Shown here: piece after piece, positions 11,166 to 22,910 of the stretch
How the letters are laid out: each line of letters begins with the position of its first letter
Position numbering within the stretch: the stretch's first letter is position 1
DNA from: Selaginella moellendorffii
Lineage: Eukaryota > Plantae > Lycopodiophyta
DNA: 64,000 nucleotides
Direction: 5' to 3'
Assembly: GCF_000143415.4 (NCBI RefSeq)
Contig: NW_003314290.1
Span: forward strand, 1,602,454-1,666,453
Program-made: the position numbers and the translations under genes
Notes under the pieces: model-generated
Databases searched by the model: none
What the model saw: only the letters and a program-made list of their open reading frames with translations
Told to the model about the DNA's origin: nothing

Positions 11166-13233
11166 ATGTCGGCCACGCTGCTGGAGCAAGCTCGATCTGC
11201 GCATGACGACATCGAGCGTTTGGAGCGAATGGTGGTCAAGGAGCTCCAGAAGGAGGTCAAGTCACACAAGGATCGATTGTACCAGAGTCATCGCGTCAAG
11301 ATGATGCTGGAAGCGATGACGCTGGCGACTTCTAAGCTGGTAAGCGTGAGCTCCATTTCTTCGGTTTCTTCATGGGTGGATTTTGATCGTAGGTGGATAT
11401 CTACGAAGACGCTGATGGTGCCAGGAGTGATGAGATTGCTGCGCTTGGAGGCCAAACCGCTCCCGGCCAGAATAATGTCTTTAGCGCTTTCTACGATCGG
11501 CTCAAGGAGGTGAGTAGTGCGTAGGAAAGATAAATGGATTGTTTTCTTTGAGCTCATCTTTCGCGATTGTGTTCTTTCTATTTAGATTCGCGAGTACCAT
11601 CGACGACACCCATCACTCCAAGCCATGGAAGTCGATGATCTGGAACAAGTTTTCCAGGAAGAACCTTACATCGAGTTCAGTGGAGAGGTAAAGTTTTATT
11701 TTCTTTGTTTTCTCGCGGTGAATCCTCTCTACCTTTTCTGCAGGAAGGGTATGGGCGGTTTCTCGACCTGCACGAGTTGCATCAACGCTACGTGAATTTG
11801 AGCTTCGTGAAGAAGAAGGATAAAGAGCAGCAGCTGGAGTACTCGGCTTACATCGAGACCTTCTTTCAACTGCACAAAATTCCTCAGATGCACAAGCTCT
11901 CAAGGCAAGTTTTTTTTCTTTTATTCTGTGCATCTTACACTTTTAGCGATCATGCAGACAGTACACTGAATACGTGGAGGATCTGATGCATTATCTTGTG
12001 TCTTTTTACCAGAGAACTCAGCCCCTACAGGACATTGAGAAAAAACTCACAAAGGTACAACATCATTGATTGCGTTGTCTGTTCATCCTTTGATTTCGCG
12101 TTTTTTCAGGTCGAGGCAGAGTTTGAGGAGCGATGGCTCGCCGGGAAGGTAGAAGGCTGGGAAAACAAAGGAGTGAAGAATTTGAATCCGATCAATATTG
12201 ATAACTATCACTCTCCTGAAGAGCTTGTGCAGCTTGGGGGAGAGAGGCTAAAACAGGTATGTAAGTTTCTTCTTCTCTGTGACTTGACCAAGCATCAACT
12301 CTTTGCAGTCACTGGCATTTTTGGGCCTGAAAAGCGGAGGAACTGTCCAGCAACGCGCGGAGCGGCTCTGGCTTACAAAGCTACAACCACTGGACCAACT
12401 TGACAGTAAGCACTTCGCTAAAGGAATGAAACCGAAAAAGAATGGTGACGAGTCTCTTCCAAATATCAAGGACATTGCATTGAACGAATGTCGGATACGT
12501 CGCTTGACTGAGCTACTTCATGAGGTATGAGTTTATTACCCTTATTCTTTCGTTGACGCTTTGGTACAGGCCATCGAGGAGACGAAGGGCCACGTGGAGA
12601 AGAAGCAGGCATTCACCTACGAGGAAATGGAAGAAGAGCGGGAAGAAGTAAGTTTGTGTTCTTTGCGTTTGAGCCTTTGGCTAACATTATCTTTCACAGC
12701 AAGTGGAAGTACAACCGGAAAGTGAGAGCGAGGAAGAGGAGCAGCAGTTTTACAATCCGTTGAAGCTGCCGATGGGGTGGGACGGGAAGCCGATTCCATA
12801 TTGGTTGTACAAGCTTCACGGCTTGGGCCAGGTAAAAAGTTATGCTCCTTCTTTTGCAAGCCTTCATCTCCTCTCCTTTGTTTTGCAGGAGTTCAAATGC
12901 GAGATATGTGGAAACTCCAGCTACTGGGGGCGAAGGGCCTTCGAACGACACTTCAAAGAATGGAGGCATCAGCACGGCATGCGCTGCTTAGGAATACCAA
13001 ACACGAAAAACTTTCATGAGATTACTTCCATCAAGGTACTTACTTTCATTTTTTTATGCTTACAGACAATGACAATCTTGTACCAGGACGCAAAGGCGCT
13101 GTACGAGATCATCCAGGAGCGGTCGGGCATGAACAAGTGGCGCCCGGACCTGGAAGAGGAGTACGAGGACAGGGACGGGAACGTTTACAACAAGAAAACT
13201 TACACCGACTTACAACGACAGGGGCTCATCTAA
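11166..13233 (+). CDS. SF3A3: Splicing factor 3A subunit 3 (SF3a60/PRP9), multi-exon
   Basis: [106 protein letters not shown]. Confidence 0.96.
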
Positions 13234-13336
13234 GGCACCATTGTCTCTGTATGTATACTACTAACATCTTCTATTCGCTGTCCACATTTTTGGATCACAA
13301 TCAAAAACTATGAGCAGCAGCTATGCTGTGGAACTC

Positions 13337-13621
13337 TCAACTCTTCGTTCCAGATTTCTTGGCAGGATCATCCGCGTTCTCGTGCACCACCACAGTCGGG
13401 ATCGCATCCTTTTGCTGGTGCTGGCCTGGACCGGATCGACGATCCACTGACGGTACTACCTCCGCGCTCTCCTTTTTCTCATTCTCGGCTGATAGATTCT
13501 TGGCGTGCTCCTCGGCCAACTTGGTGGTACCAGTGGAAGAAGGATTCTAGAAAACCAAAGAGAAACAATGAATCGATCGGGATTGAAGAACACGGAGTGA
13601 TCATACCTGTGCTGATGCCAT
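13337..13621 (-). CDS. Small hydrophilic protein (about 74 aa, 2 exons), possibly LEA-like
   Basis: ATG GCA TCA GCA CAG, then a GTATGA...TTTTCTAG intron, joins in frame to NPSSTGTTKLAEEHAKNLSAENEKKESAEVV...KS*. An ACGTGGC motif lies about 80 bp upstream. Confidence 0.5.
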
Positions 13622-13879
13622 GACTCGGTGATAAAATGGAAGAAATCGATCATGTGTTATCAACAAAGAGTGAGCCAATCAAATACTGACATTTCGCTCC
13701 AGACGTGGCAGCTCGTCATAGAGCCACTTCTTATTTTACTTTCTTTTTACTAGAAAGTAGAAAGTAGTTTTTACTTTCTACACAAAAATCGGTGTTTTTT
13801 TCAATGTAACACCCTCTTATCTGTTTTGCCTGCCAGTCAGCGCCAGTCTACGGGTCAGCGTGTTGACTATAGAGCAAAC

Positions 13880-14554
13880 CTACCAATCCTCGCGAGAGCT
13901 GCTCTTCTTGACCTTTCTTCTCGGCCTCTCTTCCACCTCGCGGAACAAAGATTCATCGACAGTCTGGTAGCACGGGCTCTTTCCAAAAATCTCCTCAAAC
14001 GTGTAGCCCTCGGATAGCCACTCGTCTTCCATGGATCCAGCGCTTCTAGCTTTGGAGTTTGGATCCACTCTCGAGTTTTCCTGGAGCTTTTGCTGGCTTT
14101 GAGATTCGCTCATCAAGCACTGCAACAAGGAAACAAAAGAGCTAAGCACAAAGAAACAAAACCACCAAAGAAGTTAAACTGCTAACCTCGTAGGCAAGAT
14201 TGATCTGAGTGAAAACGTGCTCGTTCCCAGTCCCCTTGCAAACATCCGGATGGTACTGGAAACAACGCAAGGAATAACGAGATCAGAACACCAGCAAACA
14301 TAATTGACAAAGATCCTACACACCTGGAGCGCAAGGTTCCTGTAAGCCCGCTTGATCTCTTGCTTGGAGGCACTGTAATCCAATCCCAAAACGAAGTGGC
14401 TATCAATCGCAGCCGACTGTGCAGCGACCACCATCCTCCTCCCAGAATTCCGCCTGCTCGAGGAACCAGAAGAGGAAGCTTGAAGCTTGTCACCCATGAT
14501 GAAGCTGGAGCGGCTATACTCAATCCCTGCTAGAGCTGGCGATGAGATTCCCAT
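13880..14554 (-). CDS. Small plastid-type DnaJ protein (J8-like), 3 coding exons
   Basis: Ser/Arg-rich transit peptide, then VLGLDYSASKQEIKRAYRNLALQ|YHPDVCKG...FTQINLAYE (J domain with HPD). Confidence 0.85.
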
Positions 14555-15211
14555 ATCAGAGAGTCGAGTCGTCCTTCCGAAAGATTTGCAGCTTTGGCTG
14601 CTGGGGAAGAAAAGGGGGCTCCGCTGCCTTTTGTAGCACCCGTTGCCTGTTCAAAAACGTGGGCAGTACGACCGAGACCCACCAGCACTGACCCGGCCAC
14701 CAGAAGTTTCGTCCTTTTCTTCTCCTGGAAAAGCACGCGGAAAACATGCTTCAGTTAGAAAAACCGATCAAAACCATGGTACAATGATATACAAAACCTG
14801 CTGCTGGGCTTTCGCTATCGCGTAGCATGGCGCGCCTGCAACAACACGACAGTCGAAGCATACAAAGCCGACACTAAAGAACAGAGAGGAGAGAAAGAGA
14901 GAAGGAAGCGCAAGAACAGACTTTAAAGTATTCCACGATGGAAGTAAAAATGAAATAAGAGAACACACGACTTGAGACCGCATCACTCACGAGGCCAAGC
15001 TGGCCGGACCACGAGCCATCTGTAAACGAATCACAGTCAGTACCGACAGACTGGCTTGCAAGAGTAACACAAAGGAACAGTCCTCTTGAATTAAAAAAAA
15101 AACTGGAAACACTCGAGACGTTTAATCTACAGTGTACGAAGAACTAAAAAAAAAAACTTTTAGTCTGCAGTGTAACTAACTCTGAGTAAACAAAGATAGA
15201 GAGGAAAGCCA

Positions 15212-15365
15212 CACTTCCAACCAAAGATCAAGTCCTCGCAAACCTTGAGAAAATCTCTAGGGAAAACGTGGAAGGAACTCTCACTTCTAACCGAAGATCA
15301 AGTCCTTGCAACCTCGAGAAACTCTCAAGGCAAAACTTGGAAGCAAATCTCACTTCTAAACAAGA
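15212..15365. repeat. Imperfect tandem repeat, about 70 bp unit x 2.2, downstream of TIM17
   Basis: CACTTC(C/T)AACC(A/G)AAGATCAAGTCCT..CAA(A)CCT.GAGAAA units start at about 15212, 15282 and 15351. Confidence 0.7.
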
Positions 15366-15426
15366 ACAAAAGAGAAGTACCTCGCGAAGTCCTTGCATGT
15401 ACACGTCCACGCCAGACCTCCCTCGC

Positions 15427-16140
15427 TCACTTCACCTCGAAGCCGGGCATCGGCGGGGGTGGATTCGCCTCAAAACTGTCCAGCTTCTCGTTGTAAGGCT
15501 TGGGCTCCTCCTTCGTCCCTCCAAACCATCCCGAGTACCAAGAACTAGAGCCCGAGGAAGACGAAGAAGAACCATCGCTGGCGCCACCACCACCACCGCT
15601 ACCACCACCTGGAGAAGAAGGAAACTGGCCACCCATCCCCGCAGTGTTTGGAGCTGGAAATGGGAAGATACCAGAGGAGGGCGGCCCGGTCTGTGGAATT
15701 GGCTCCTCCATGGGTGGCGGCGGCGGCGTCATCATCCGGTTGAGCATCAGCCCCGCGCCCTCGATGAGCGCGAGCAGCACGCCGCCAAAGATCGCCGACC
15801 TGGTGGCGCTCTTCATCCCGGCTCGCAGCTGGAGGAAGCCGCCGGTGGCGGCACCCGCGGCGATGGAGTTCCAGGGGTCCTCCTTCTGGCGCAAGTAGAC
15901 CATGGTGCAATCGAAGGTGGAGAAGAGGCCGCCCCAGACGGCGAAGCTACCGCCGACGCGCGGCGCGTTCATGCGCACGCCCTGCGCGCCGCCCAGCAGG
16001 CGCTCACCTCGCGGGGAGTTGTAGACGCCGCGGATGAAGTGGTAGACCGAGCCGCCGATGGCGCCCATGCTGAATGCGCCGCCAATGTCGTCGAGGATGC
16101 GGTCCGGGCACGGCTCGCGCGCGTGATCCGGCGTCGCCAT
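15427..16140 (-). CDS. TIM17: Mitochondrial inner membrane translocase subunit TIM17
   Basis: DHAREPCPDRILDDIGGAFSMGAIGG, GGSFAVWGGLFSTFDC, RQKEDPWNSIAAGAATGG, with the plant Pro/Gly-rich C-terminal extension. Confidence 0.96.
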   Translation of the reverse strand: MATPDHAREPCPDRILDDIGGAFSMGAIGGSVYHFIRGVYNSPRGERLLGGAQGVRMNAPRVGGSFAVWGGLFSTFDCTMVYLRQKEDPWNSIAAGAATGGFLQLRAGMKSATRSAIFGGVLLALIEGAGLMLNRMMTPPPPPMEEPIPQTGPPSSGIFPFPAPNTAGMGGQFPSSPGGGSGGGGGASDGSSSSSSGSSSWYSGWFGGTKEEPKPYNEKLDSFEANPPPPMPGFEVK

Positions 16141-16329
16141 GGCTGTCTCTCTCTCGCCGCTCGCCCCTCGCCCTCTCGAGCCCTAGAAATCGCGGCACAA
16201 AACCCTCAACCCTAGACCTAACTAACTGTAGCCGAATATGGTAGATTTAACATAGCCTTAACAGAATATGCAAGAGAATAATAAGAGGACCATTGACATT
16301 CATTGACCATAAGATTAGCAATCAAAGAT

Positions 16330-18410
16330 TTTTCTTTGACTGTCATTGACATTTTGCTTCTTCCAAGTTTGGTAGCCAATACTTCCCGATAAAGTTCCGA
16401 CGAGGTAGCTATACTTGTGTGCTCCATCACTTTCAAACATTCCGCTACACTTGAGCCCGTCTTTCACAGCTTTGGCTCGCTTGATCTTTAGCTCTTTCCG
16501 GAAAATGTGGCACTTGCATCCATGGTCTTGAAGCTCTGGAACGTACTCAGCTCCCTAGACTCGTTGAGTTTCTTCGCCGCTGCATCGACGAGGTATGGAG
16601 ACGCGAACATGCACTCGTAGCCACCGAATCCTGGTCTGACCCTCTGGTGTACCATCTTGTGAGACGGGTGATCACCGACTATGATCCGCTTCCCTATTGC
16701 CTCTACTGTCTGCTGGACAGAATTCAAGCCAGCGACCAAGGAATCCAGGTCAGTGTGCGGCCTCTCCAACACAAACCGGGCCGAGCCCTCCCCCATTTCT
16801 GGTGCCTTTCCTTCACCACCTCGAGTGTCAAACTCTGTTATTGCTTCAAACTCGAGCTTTCCGACTTCATCCTGGGAGTGGGATGACTCAGACATGAAAT
16901 GGACAGGATCAAATACTTCCTGCCAAGCCAGAGCAATCTCGGCAGCAGACCAAACCGGTAGAAACACGTGCTGAGTGCGGCCATCCTTATCAAACTCCTG
17001 AAAGTCCGTCAACTTTGGGCTGGCTGCCAATAGAACCTTGCATTTGAATGCTGGAGGATCGACCAGCTCGCCGTCCACAAGCCAGTGAAGTTCCGGGTCA
17101 AAGAGGACGCCCTTGCTGCTCAAGGGCGAAACATCTGTAGCCCTCGCGCCAATACATGCCATCTTCTCAGTGTGCTGCGGTTCGAAGAGATAGAGATGAC
17201 CACTCTTATTCTGAAACGCTACCGCCTTCCTGACCTTCATCAGCTGGAGGTAGATCTAGAGTTGTAATGAGAAAGGCGCTCTTGCCAATCTCAGGCACCC
17301 CCAACAGCAAAACCAATCTGTGCTTACTTCTCCACATCGCCATGAGATCCTCTTACGAAGATCAGTGTAGCACGCCCGCTCCAAAATCCGAGTGCACACC
17401 AAAGAGCTAGAGCAATCTGATTATCTGAGACTCCTCAGTTTGGAAGTTGAACAATGTCTAGTCAGTTTGAAAAGAGTGCTGGCAAATGAATGCTTAGCAA
17501 CAATGCATATGTACCATTCCACGGTTAACTCCTCTTCCTCGTCATCTGGGAACATGGGACTGAACAAATCAGGCAGTTCGCTTCTCGCACTCGAGTTTCA
17601 TTTCCTCGATCACTGCACTAGTAAAATAGAAGAAAGAAAGGAGCTGAAAATACCCATGTCAAGAGAGCTATGCGGAGCAGCGGAGCAGAGGCGCGACATA
17701 TAATTGCGATATGCGACTGTAGCGAACTTTGCATAGTTCGTCCAGGTTTGTGAATCTACACGCTCCTTCAGCTTCTCGACATCTCCCGCAAGGCGTGGAT
17801 GGGAAGGATACCTTGATCTCAGAAATTCCTCCATAGTCTCCCTCTCGCGCTTCATCTGATCTTCGTTCTCTGCCTTGTCCTTTTAAAATGAAAAACTTAA
17901 CAACAGGAGTTGAAAGTGTGCTGTTGGTGAATGAATGCAGAGAAACAATGCATACCAGGTAGAGCAGGAGCCGAAAAAGAACTGACAATCTCCCTGACTA
18001 AGTTCATCTCATCGTCCTGCTCACAAGTCTTCATGAATGAGAAGACACTAGAAACAAAACACGCTCCTCCAGAGTTTGATTTGCATCAGTTCAAGACTCT
18101 TCCTCGTCATCTGGAAAGATGGGACTGATCGCATCAGGCAGTTCCGGAATCTCATTCTCTGGTTTCAGACTGACGGTTCGCTGCTTGGTCAAAGCTCTTC
18201 TTGTTAGCGGGAAAACCATCCGATTGCACCAATACGATACGACAATCGTGTACGTTCGAGATTCATTTCTGAGGTGAGCTCCTCGGTCCCTGCATCGAAT
18301 TACTAGAAAAATAGAAGAAAGAAAGAACTTCAAAGTAGTTACCGGGGCTTTATCCATGTCGACTCGGAGCAATTGCGATCTGCGACTAGTATAGCTAAGT
18401 TTGCTTTGTG
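16330..18410 (-). pseudogene. Crinkler/RHS-type P-loop NTPase pseudogene
   Basis: RILERACYTDL, then Walker A LLLGVPEIGKSAFL (about 17270-17320), a frameshift/stop, then WLVDG, VLLAASP, FLPVWSAAEI, GSARFVL, HPSHKMVH and FASPYL. This is the motif order of CR-NTPase domains. Boundaries approximate. Confidence 0.7.
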
Positions 18411-18415
18411 AATCT
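17530..18415. repeat. Diverged direct duplication (about 17530-17760 vs about 18097-18415) at the 5' end of the Crinkler-like locus
   Basis: Shared blocks CTCTTCCTCGTCATCTGG.A..ATGGGACTGA...ATCAGGCAGTTC, AAAATAGAAGAAAGAAAG, AATTGCGAT.TGCGACT and TTTGTGAATCTA. Both copies encode ELPD..SP.FPDDEEE. Confidence 0.75.
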
Positions 18416-18646
18416 AAATAATAAAACTTAACAGAATATCTTCAGACATTGTTAGTTTGACCAAAGCATATACAATGTATAATTTTTCTATGATTGCTTC
18501 TGATTGGCAATCAGAAGTTTCTTTTTGTCAATCAACTTGGAGATGTTAGCTTCACCAATGTAAAGGATTTTATTTTCTTCCCACACTAATATATAAACAT
18601 TGTTTACCATCTCAAGTAAAGTTTAAAGGTTGCTTTTTCAGTTGTA

Positions 18647-19167
18647 ATGGCATCCCAGGCTGCGCTTGTTTTGGCCCTCGCTGTTGCTCTCTTTTCTTCT
18701 TATGTATCTGCAAACTTGGTAAGTATTGTAAAGTCCAATTGCAATAGATTCTAAATCTTCTATTCCAGTGCAAGAGCTACACCATCCAAGGTTCCGCCCA
18801 GTTTGTTTTTGGCCAAAACTTGTTCCAAGTTGTTCCAACCGATGGTGTTCCAACCACTGGTGCCATGGATCGTGATGGCTCCGTCCAAACATTTGCTGCT
18901 CCTCTTAGTGGAAACCCCGGATGCATCTACCAAGGTGTGATCGCCGACACTGGAGCTCTGGAATTCCTGTTTTCCCAGATCAAGTGTGGGAACAACCGGG
19001 TGGAGTTCATGGGAGATGCCGGAGGTTCTGCACCAGGTTCTTCCACCACATATGCGATTCTTGGCGGCACTGGGATTTATGTTGGAGCAACTGGAACCGT
19101 GACTGAGGCTTCACTGGGTGGCATGAACTATCAGGTCACTGCAAATATTAAGGTTTGCGACCGGTAA
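18647..19167 (+). CDS. Secreted dirigent/allene-oxide-cyclase-fold-like protein, 2 exons
   Basis: Signal peptide MASQAALVLALAVALFSSYVSA, GTAAGT..CCAG intron 18719-18768, and C-terminal YAILGGTGIYVGATGTV matching the dirigent (I/V)GGTG.F..A.G motif. Confidence 0.7.
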
Positions 19168-19898
19168 ATTACCTTCAAAATGATTACAAGATCTAACAAC
19201 AATTACAATATAGTAGAAAAATTTACTTTGCTCATGTCTATGATTCTTAAGAAAAATGTGGCTCGACATGAAGTGAGTCCAATATTTTAAAAATATAGTG
19301 TAAATTATTCCTTGATTTCTGGCCAGTTAAACTTTGCTAAGTTCCAATAGTTTGCTTGGTCCTTTCAAAGCATGGTTTAGGATCCAGCTAATTCCACTAT
19401 ATATATATTTTTATTTTATTTTATCTTTTTTCGTTTTTGTTTGTAACGTTACAAACAGAATATTTGGAAGTGCTACAAAGTGTAAACGTTGTCCACGTTT
19501 TCCTCTGTTGATCGAGTCTTTAATCCGTGTGGTCTAAACACACGGCAGCGTGAGAACCCAGTCTTTCATATACGTGGATTTTTTGTCCCCATCCCAAGGG
19601 ATAACTTAAACCAAAAGAGAAAAAGAAAGATAGCGACCTTTCAATCAATCAAAGAGTTCTCGTCATTCAATCAAAGTGTGTTCTAGACAGATAACCTCAT
19701 AAGAGAAAGAAATCTCTTTCTTGGTTTCCTTCCTTCGATTCCAAGTCTTTTTGGTGTGTTTCTATACAAGCAAAGTTGTTCTTCCTGGCTGCCTAAAAAA
19801 TTCCGATAGCCCCCCACTGTACAGAGATCTTCCCGTCCCTCCCTATTTACACGAGACGATCGATCGAGGAGAAGAATAAAGGGGAAAAGTCGCCGGGA

Positions 19899-20351
19899 TC
19901 AAAACACCCACGCGCCCTCCCACCCCGACTTGTACTCCTCCAAATCCTCCTCGTCGTCGCTGTAGTAGTAGCGATCGTCCACCGGGGCGGCCACGGCGCT
20001 CCCGTCCATGATCTTCTGGAGGAGCTCGTACGCCGCGTTGATCTCCTGGAACTTGGGCGCGCAGTGATCGCCCTTGCAAACATCCGGATGATACTGGAGC
20101 GCGAGCCTCCGGTAGGCGCGCTTGAGATCCTGCTTGGAATCGCCCGGCCGGATGCCCAGCATCGAGTAGGACTCGCAGGGCGCCACCGGCGATGATCCAT
20201 ACCTCGCGCTCGCCGCCGCCGACGCGCGCAGCCGCAAATTCGACCGCCCATTCCTCCATCCCTGCCGGGGCTGCTGCTGCTGCGGGGTTTGGATCGTCCG
20301 AGAGACATCCATCCCCGAGAATTGGGAAGAACCCACCGCCGCCGTCGCCAT
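19899..20351 (-). CDS. Chloroplast DnaJ protein, J8-like
   Basis: Transit peptide, YSMLGI...DLKRAYRRLALQYHPDVCKGDHC..KFQEINAAYE, acidic tail ending GWEGA. Confidence 0.9.
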   Translation of the reverse strand: MATAAVGSSQFSGMDVSRTIQTPQQQQPRQGWRNGRSNLRLRASAAASARYGSSPVAPCESYSMLGIRPGDSKQDLKRAYRRLALQYHPDVCKGDHCAPKFQEINAAYELLQKIMDGSAVAAPVDDRYYYSDDEEDLEEYKSGWEGAWVF

Positions 20352-20449
20352 TCGCCTTGCCCTCTTCCTTCTCACGAATTCGCTCCCTTCGCTTTCCCTC
20401 TCTCGATCAACACAACGCAAGGAAATCGTTGCCCTAGAAAGGCATCACT

Positions 20450-20790
20450 CCTCTCGTGCTTATATACTCTGCCAAGAAAAAGGGGCGAAAAGGGTTTGAG
20501 TTTACCCAAACGCCCACAAATTGGGGTAAAACTGGATAAGCTCAAAGGCATATTCCTGTGGATAAGCCGATGCCGCTAAAATTAGGGGGATTCTCGTAAC
20601 GCGGGCCAACGTTTATTAGTTAAAGATAGCAGAGAAATGAATTCCGGCCATATATGTGGCGACACGTGCGCGTACTGTAGCGTAGTCTCGACACGTTAGT
20701 GACGTAGCTATTTGTATCGTACGCTGGCGGCACGCTACGTGGAAATGGTCCCGCCTTGCGTGGATGTTACTCTTATCCAGTGACCACCAA
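20450..20790. promoter_or_regulatory. Putative light-responsive promoter of the J8-like gene
   Basis: TATA-like TTATATA at about 20460, I-box GGATAAG at about 20534 and 20560, G-box CACGTG at about 20663 and further ACGT cores. Confidence 0.45.
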
Positions 20791-21003
20791 TCAATCGTTT
20801 GAGTTAATATTAGTCTTGATCAAACTTAACTATATAATCCATGAGCTTAAAGATACCTTTAGAAGGTTAAAAAATCTTGAGTTCTTCCTGAGCTAACGTT
20901 TACCTTTAGAAGATTCGAAAATCTCATCAAAACTTTGCGTGATAATCACGTCAAGTGTCATCTTCCATTTGTTTAGCATGACAAACTTCTCTATAGAAGA
21001 TAC

Positions 21004-22910
21004 CTAGTATATCCTGCAAATGCCGGGCTTCGTCGTCTTCGTGATCGTAGCCTGCCCGTTAGTCGTCAACTTCGAAAGCTTGGATTTCTTCCTCCTCGAT
21101 GAAATCCATCCCGACGCAAGCTTGTCGAAATCCAGCACCAGCTGCGCGATTGCCAGGAGCAGCGCCAGGAGCATCGACTGCCCGACGCTGCTGCTCTCGG
21201 AGGACATGAGCGTCGCGGTGGAAGACGCCGAGGACGAGGCGAGCGGATTGAGCTGGACTGGAAACTCGCATCCCCCGGTGGATGGATTCGCGGTGGTGAT
21301 CATCCCCAGGCCGTCAAAGACGCAGCTCTCCTCCTCCTGGTTGTTGATCTGGTAGTAGCTGTTGAAAGCGTACGACGCGTTGCCTTGATCGCCAATGTGG
21401 TTGCAAGAGCCGCCATAGACGAGCGCTGTGCAGTCACCGTGCGAGCAAGCGTAGTCGACGCTCTTGGCGAGCTTGGTCATGTCGCCCTCGGGATTGAGCA
21501 CGCACCACCGCCACGGCAAGTACTGGACGTCGCTGGAAAAGTTGGCGAGGCCTGTTCCCAGCACGTCCAGCCCGTACTTTGCTCGGCCGTCGTAAGTGTA
21601 GATCCCCCAGTGCCGCTCAAAGTTGCCGGGAAGGATGCTCTTTTGATCTTCGTCGATGAGCGCGAAGAGGTAAACGTCGAGCTCCTGGTTGGGCCGGAGC
21701 GGCGTCCCCCTGCCGCTGGTGATGTGCGCGAGAAGCCCCTGATTGAAGCGCTGCGCGTTGGCTGGATTCGCGTTCACGTCCCCGTCCGTCGGCCACCCGA
21801 CCTCTCCAACGATGATCTTCATGTCCGGGAAGCCGTTCCTGTTGAGCGCTGCGACCAGGAGATCGTAGCTCGCGTCGAAGACGTTTGTGTAGGTGTTGCC
21901 GTTGAAGTCGTGGATGGCGGCGGCGCCGGTGGTGCTGCCGTCGAAGAACGCGAACTCTTGCGGGAAGTGTGGATCCTGGTGGAGGCTGAGGAACGGGTAT
22001 ATGTTGACGACGAAGGGAGCTTGGTGCTTGGCGAGAGTTGAGACGAGCGTGTCCATGAGCGGCTGGATGTCGGGCCGGAACAGTCCCGCCGATGGTAATG
22101 GGGAGCCGCCATCGCTGAGAACGTCGGCGTTAAGAGGAACCACCGCCTTGATCGGCTCCGCTGAGTTGAGCTTGTCCAGCGCTCCTTGGATGTTTCTCAG
22201 CGCTGGGAGGGTGACGGATTCGTAAGTTGCGTTGTATGCCTTGAGAAAGGGCTCGTTCCCGACTGCCACATATCTGGAACGAAAGAAAAAAAAGAGCAAC
22301 GAAGTTAGCAAGTTTTCAATCGATCCATCGATCGGTGAAGAGAGAAAAAAAAAACTAAAATTTCACATCCATCACTCGTGTCTACGATCAAACCGCGACC
22401 ATGCAGTAAGGAAACATCAAAACCACGAAAAAATATAGAAACAAACCCCAGCATGCAACGAAGAAGGAAAAAAAAGAAGAAAAATAACCGCTACTTTGAT
22501 CTTGGAAGAAAAGACTACCTGATTTTCACCTCGGGGAGATGCTGGGTCACATTCTCCTTGACCCAATCCAGCGCCGCCCGGGGGCTGTTCGCGATCTTGT
22601 CCAGCATTTCGTTTGGAATCCCGACCATGAGCTCCACATCGCTGTTGGCAAACATACCGACGATCTTCGAGTCGGCATCGAAGAGCTTGAGCTTGGTGAT
22701 ATTGCTGGAGCTGAGCATTCGCAGCACAACCTCGGCGGGGAGCCTGTGCGATGCCATATTTCCCCAGTTCACCCCAAATCCCACCGCCGACGACGATCCA
22801 AGTCTCATCGCCGTGACAAGCGTGAGCGCGATCGAGAGCACCAGAGGAGAAAAAGGGGGGTACAAAGAGCAGCAAGCTCTTCTTGGCGCTGACCTCGATC
22901 TCCCCGGCAT
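21004..22910 (-). CDS. GH17 beta-1,3-glucanase with X8 (CBM43) domain, 2 exons
   Basis: FGVNWG, KLKLFDAD, YVAVGNEPFL, IIVGEVGWPTDG, PGNFERHWGI; X8 domain WCVL...YACSHGDCTAL.YGGSCN...NASYAFNSYYQ...C.F.GLG. Confidence 0.94.

Noticed and set aside
15212-15365. Repeat array considered as a CRISPR-like structure
   Set aside because: Only about 2 contiguous units, no unique spacers, eukaryotic context.
15268-16215. 315-aa plus-strand ORF
   Set aside because: GC-rich antisense shadow of TIM17.
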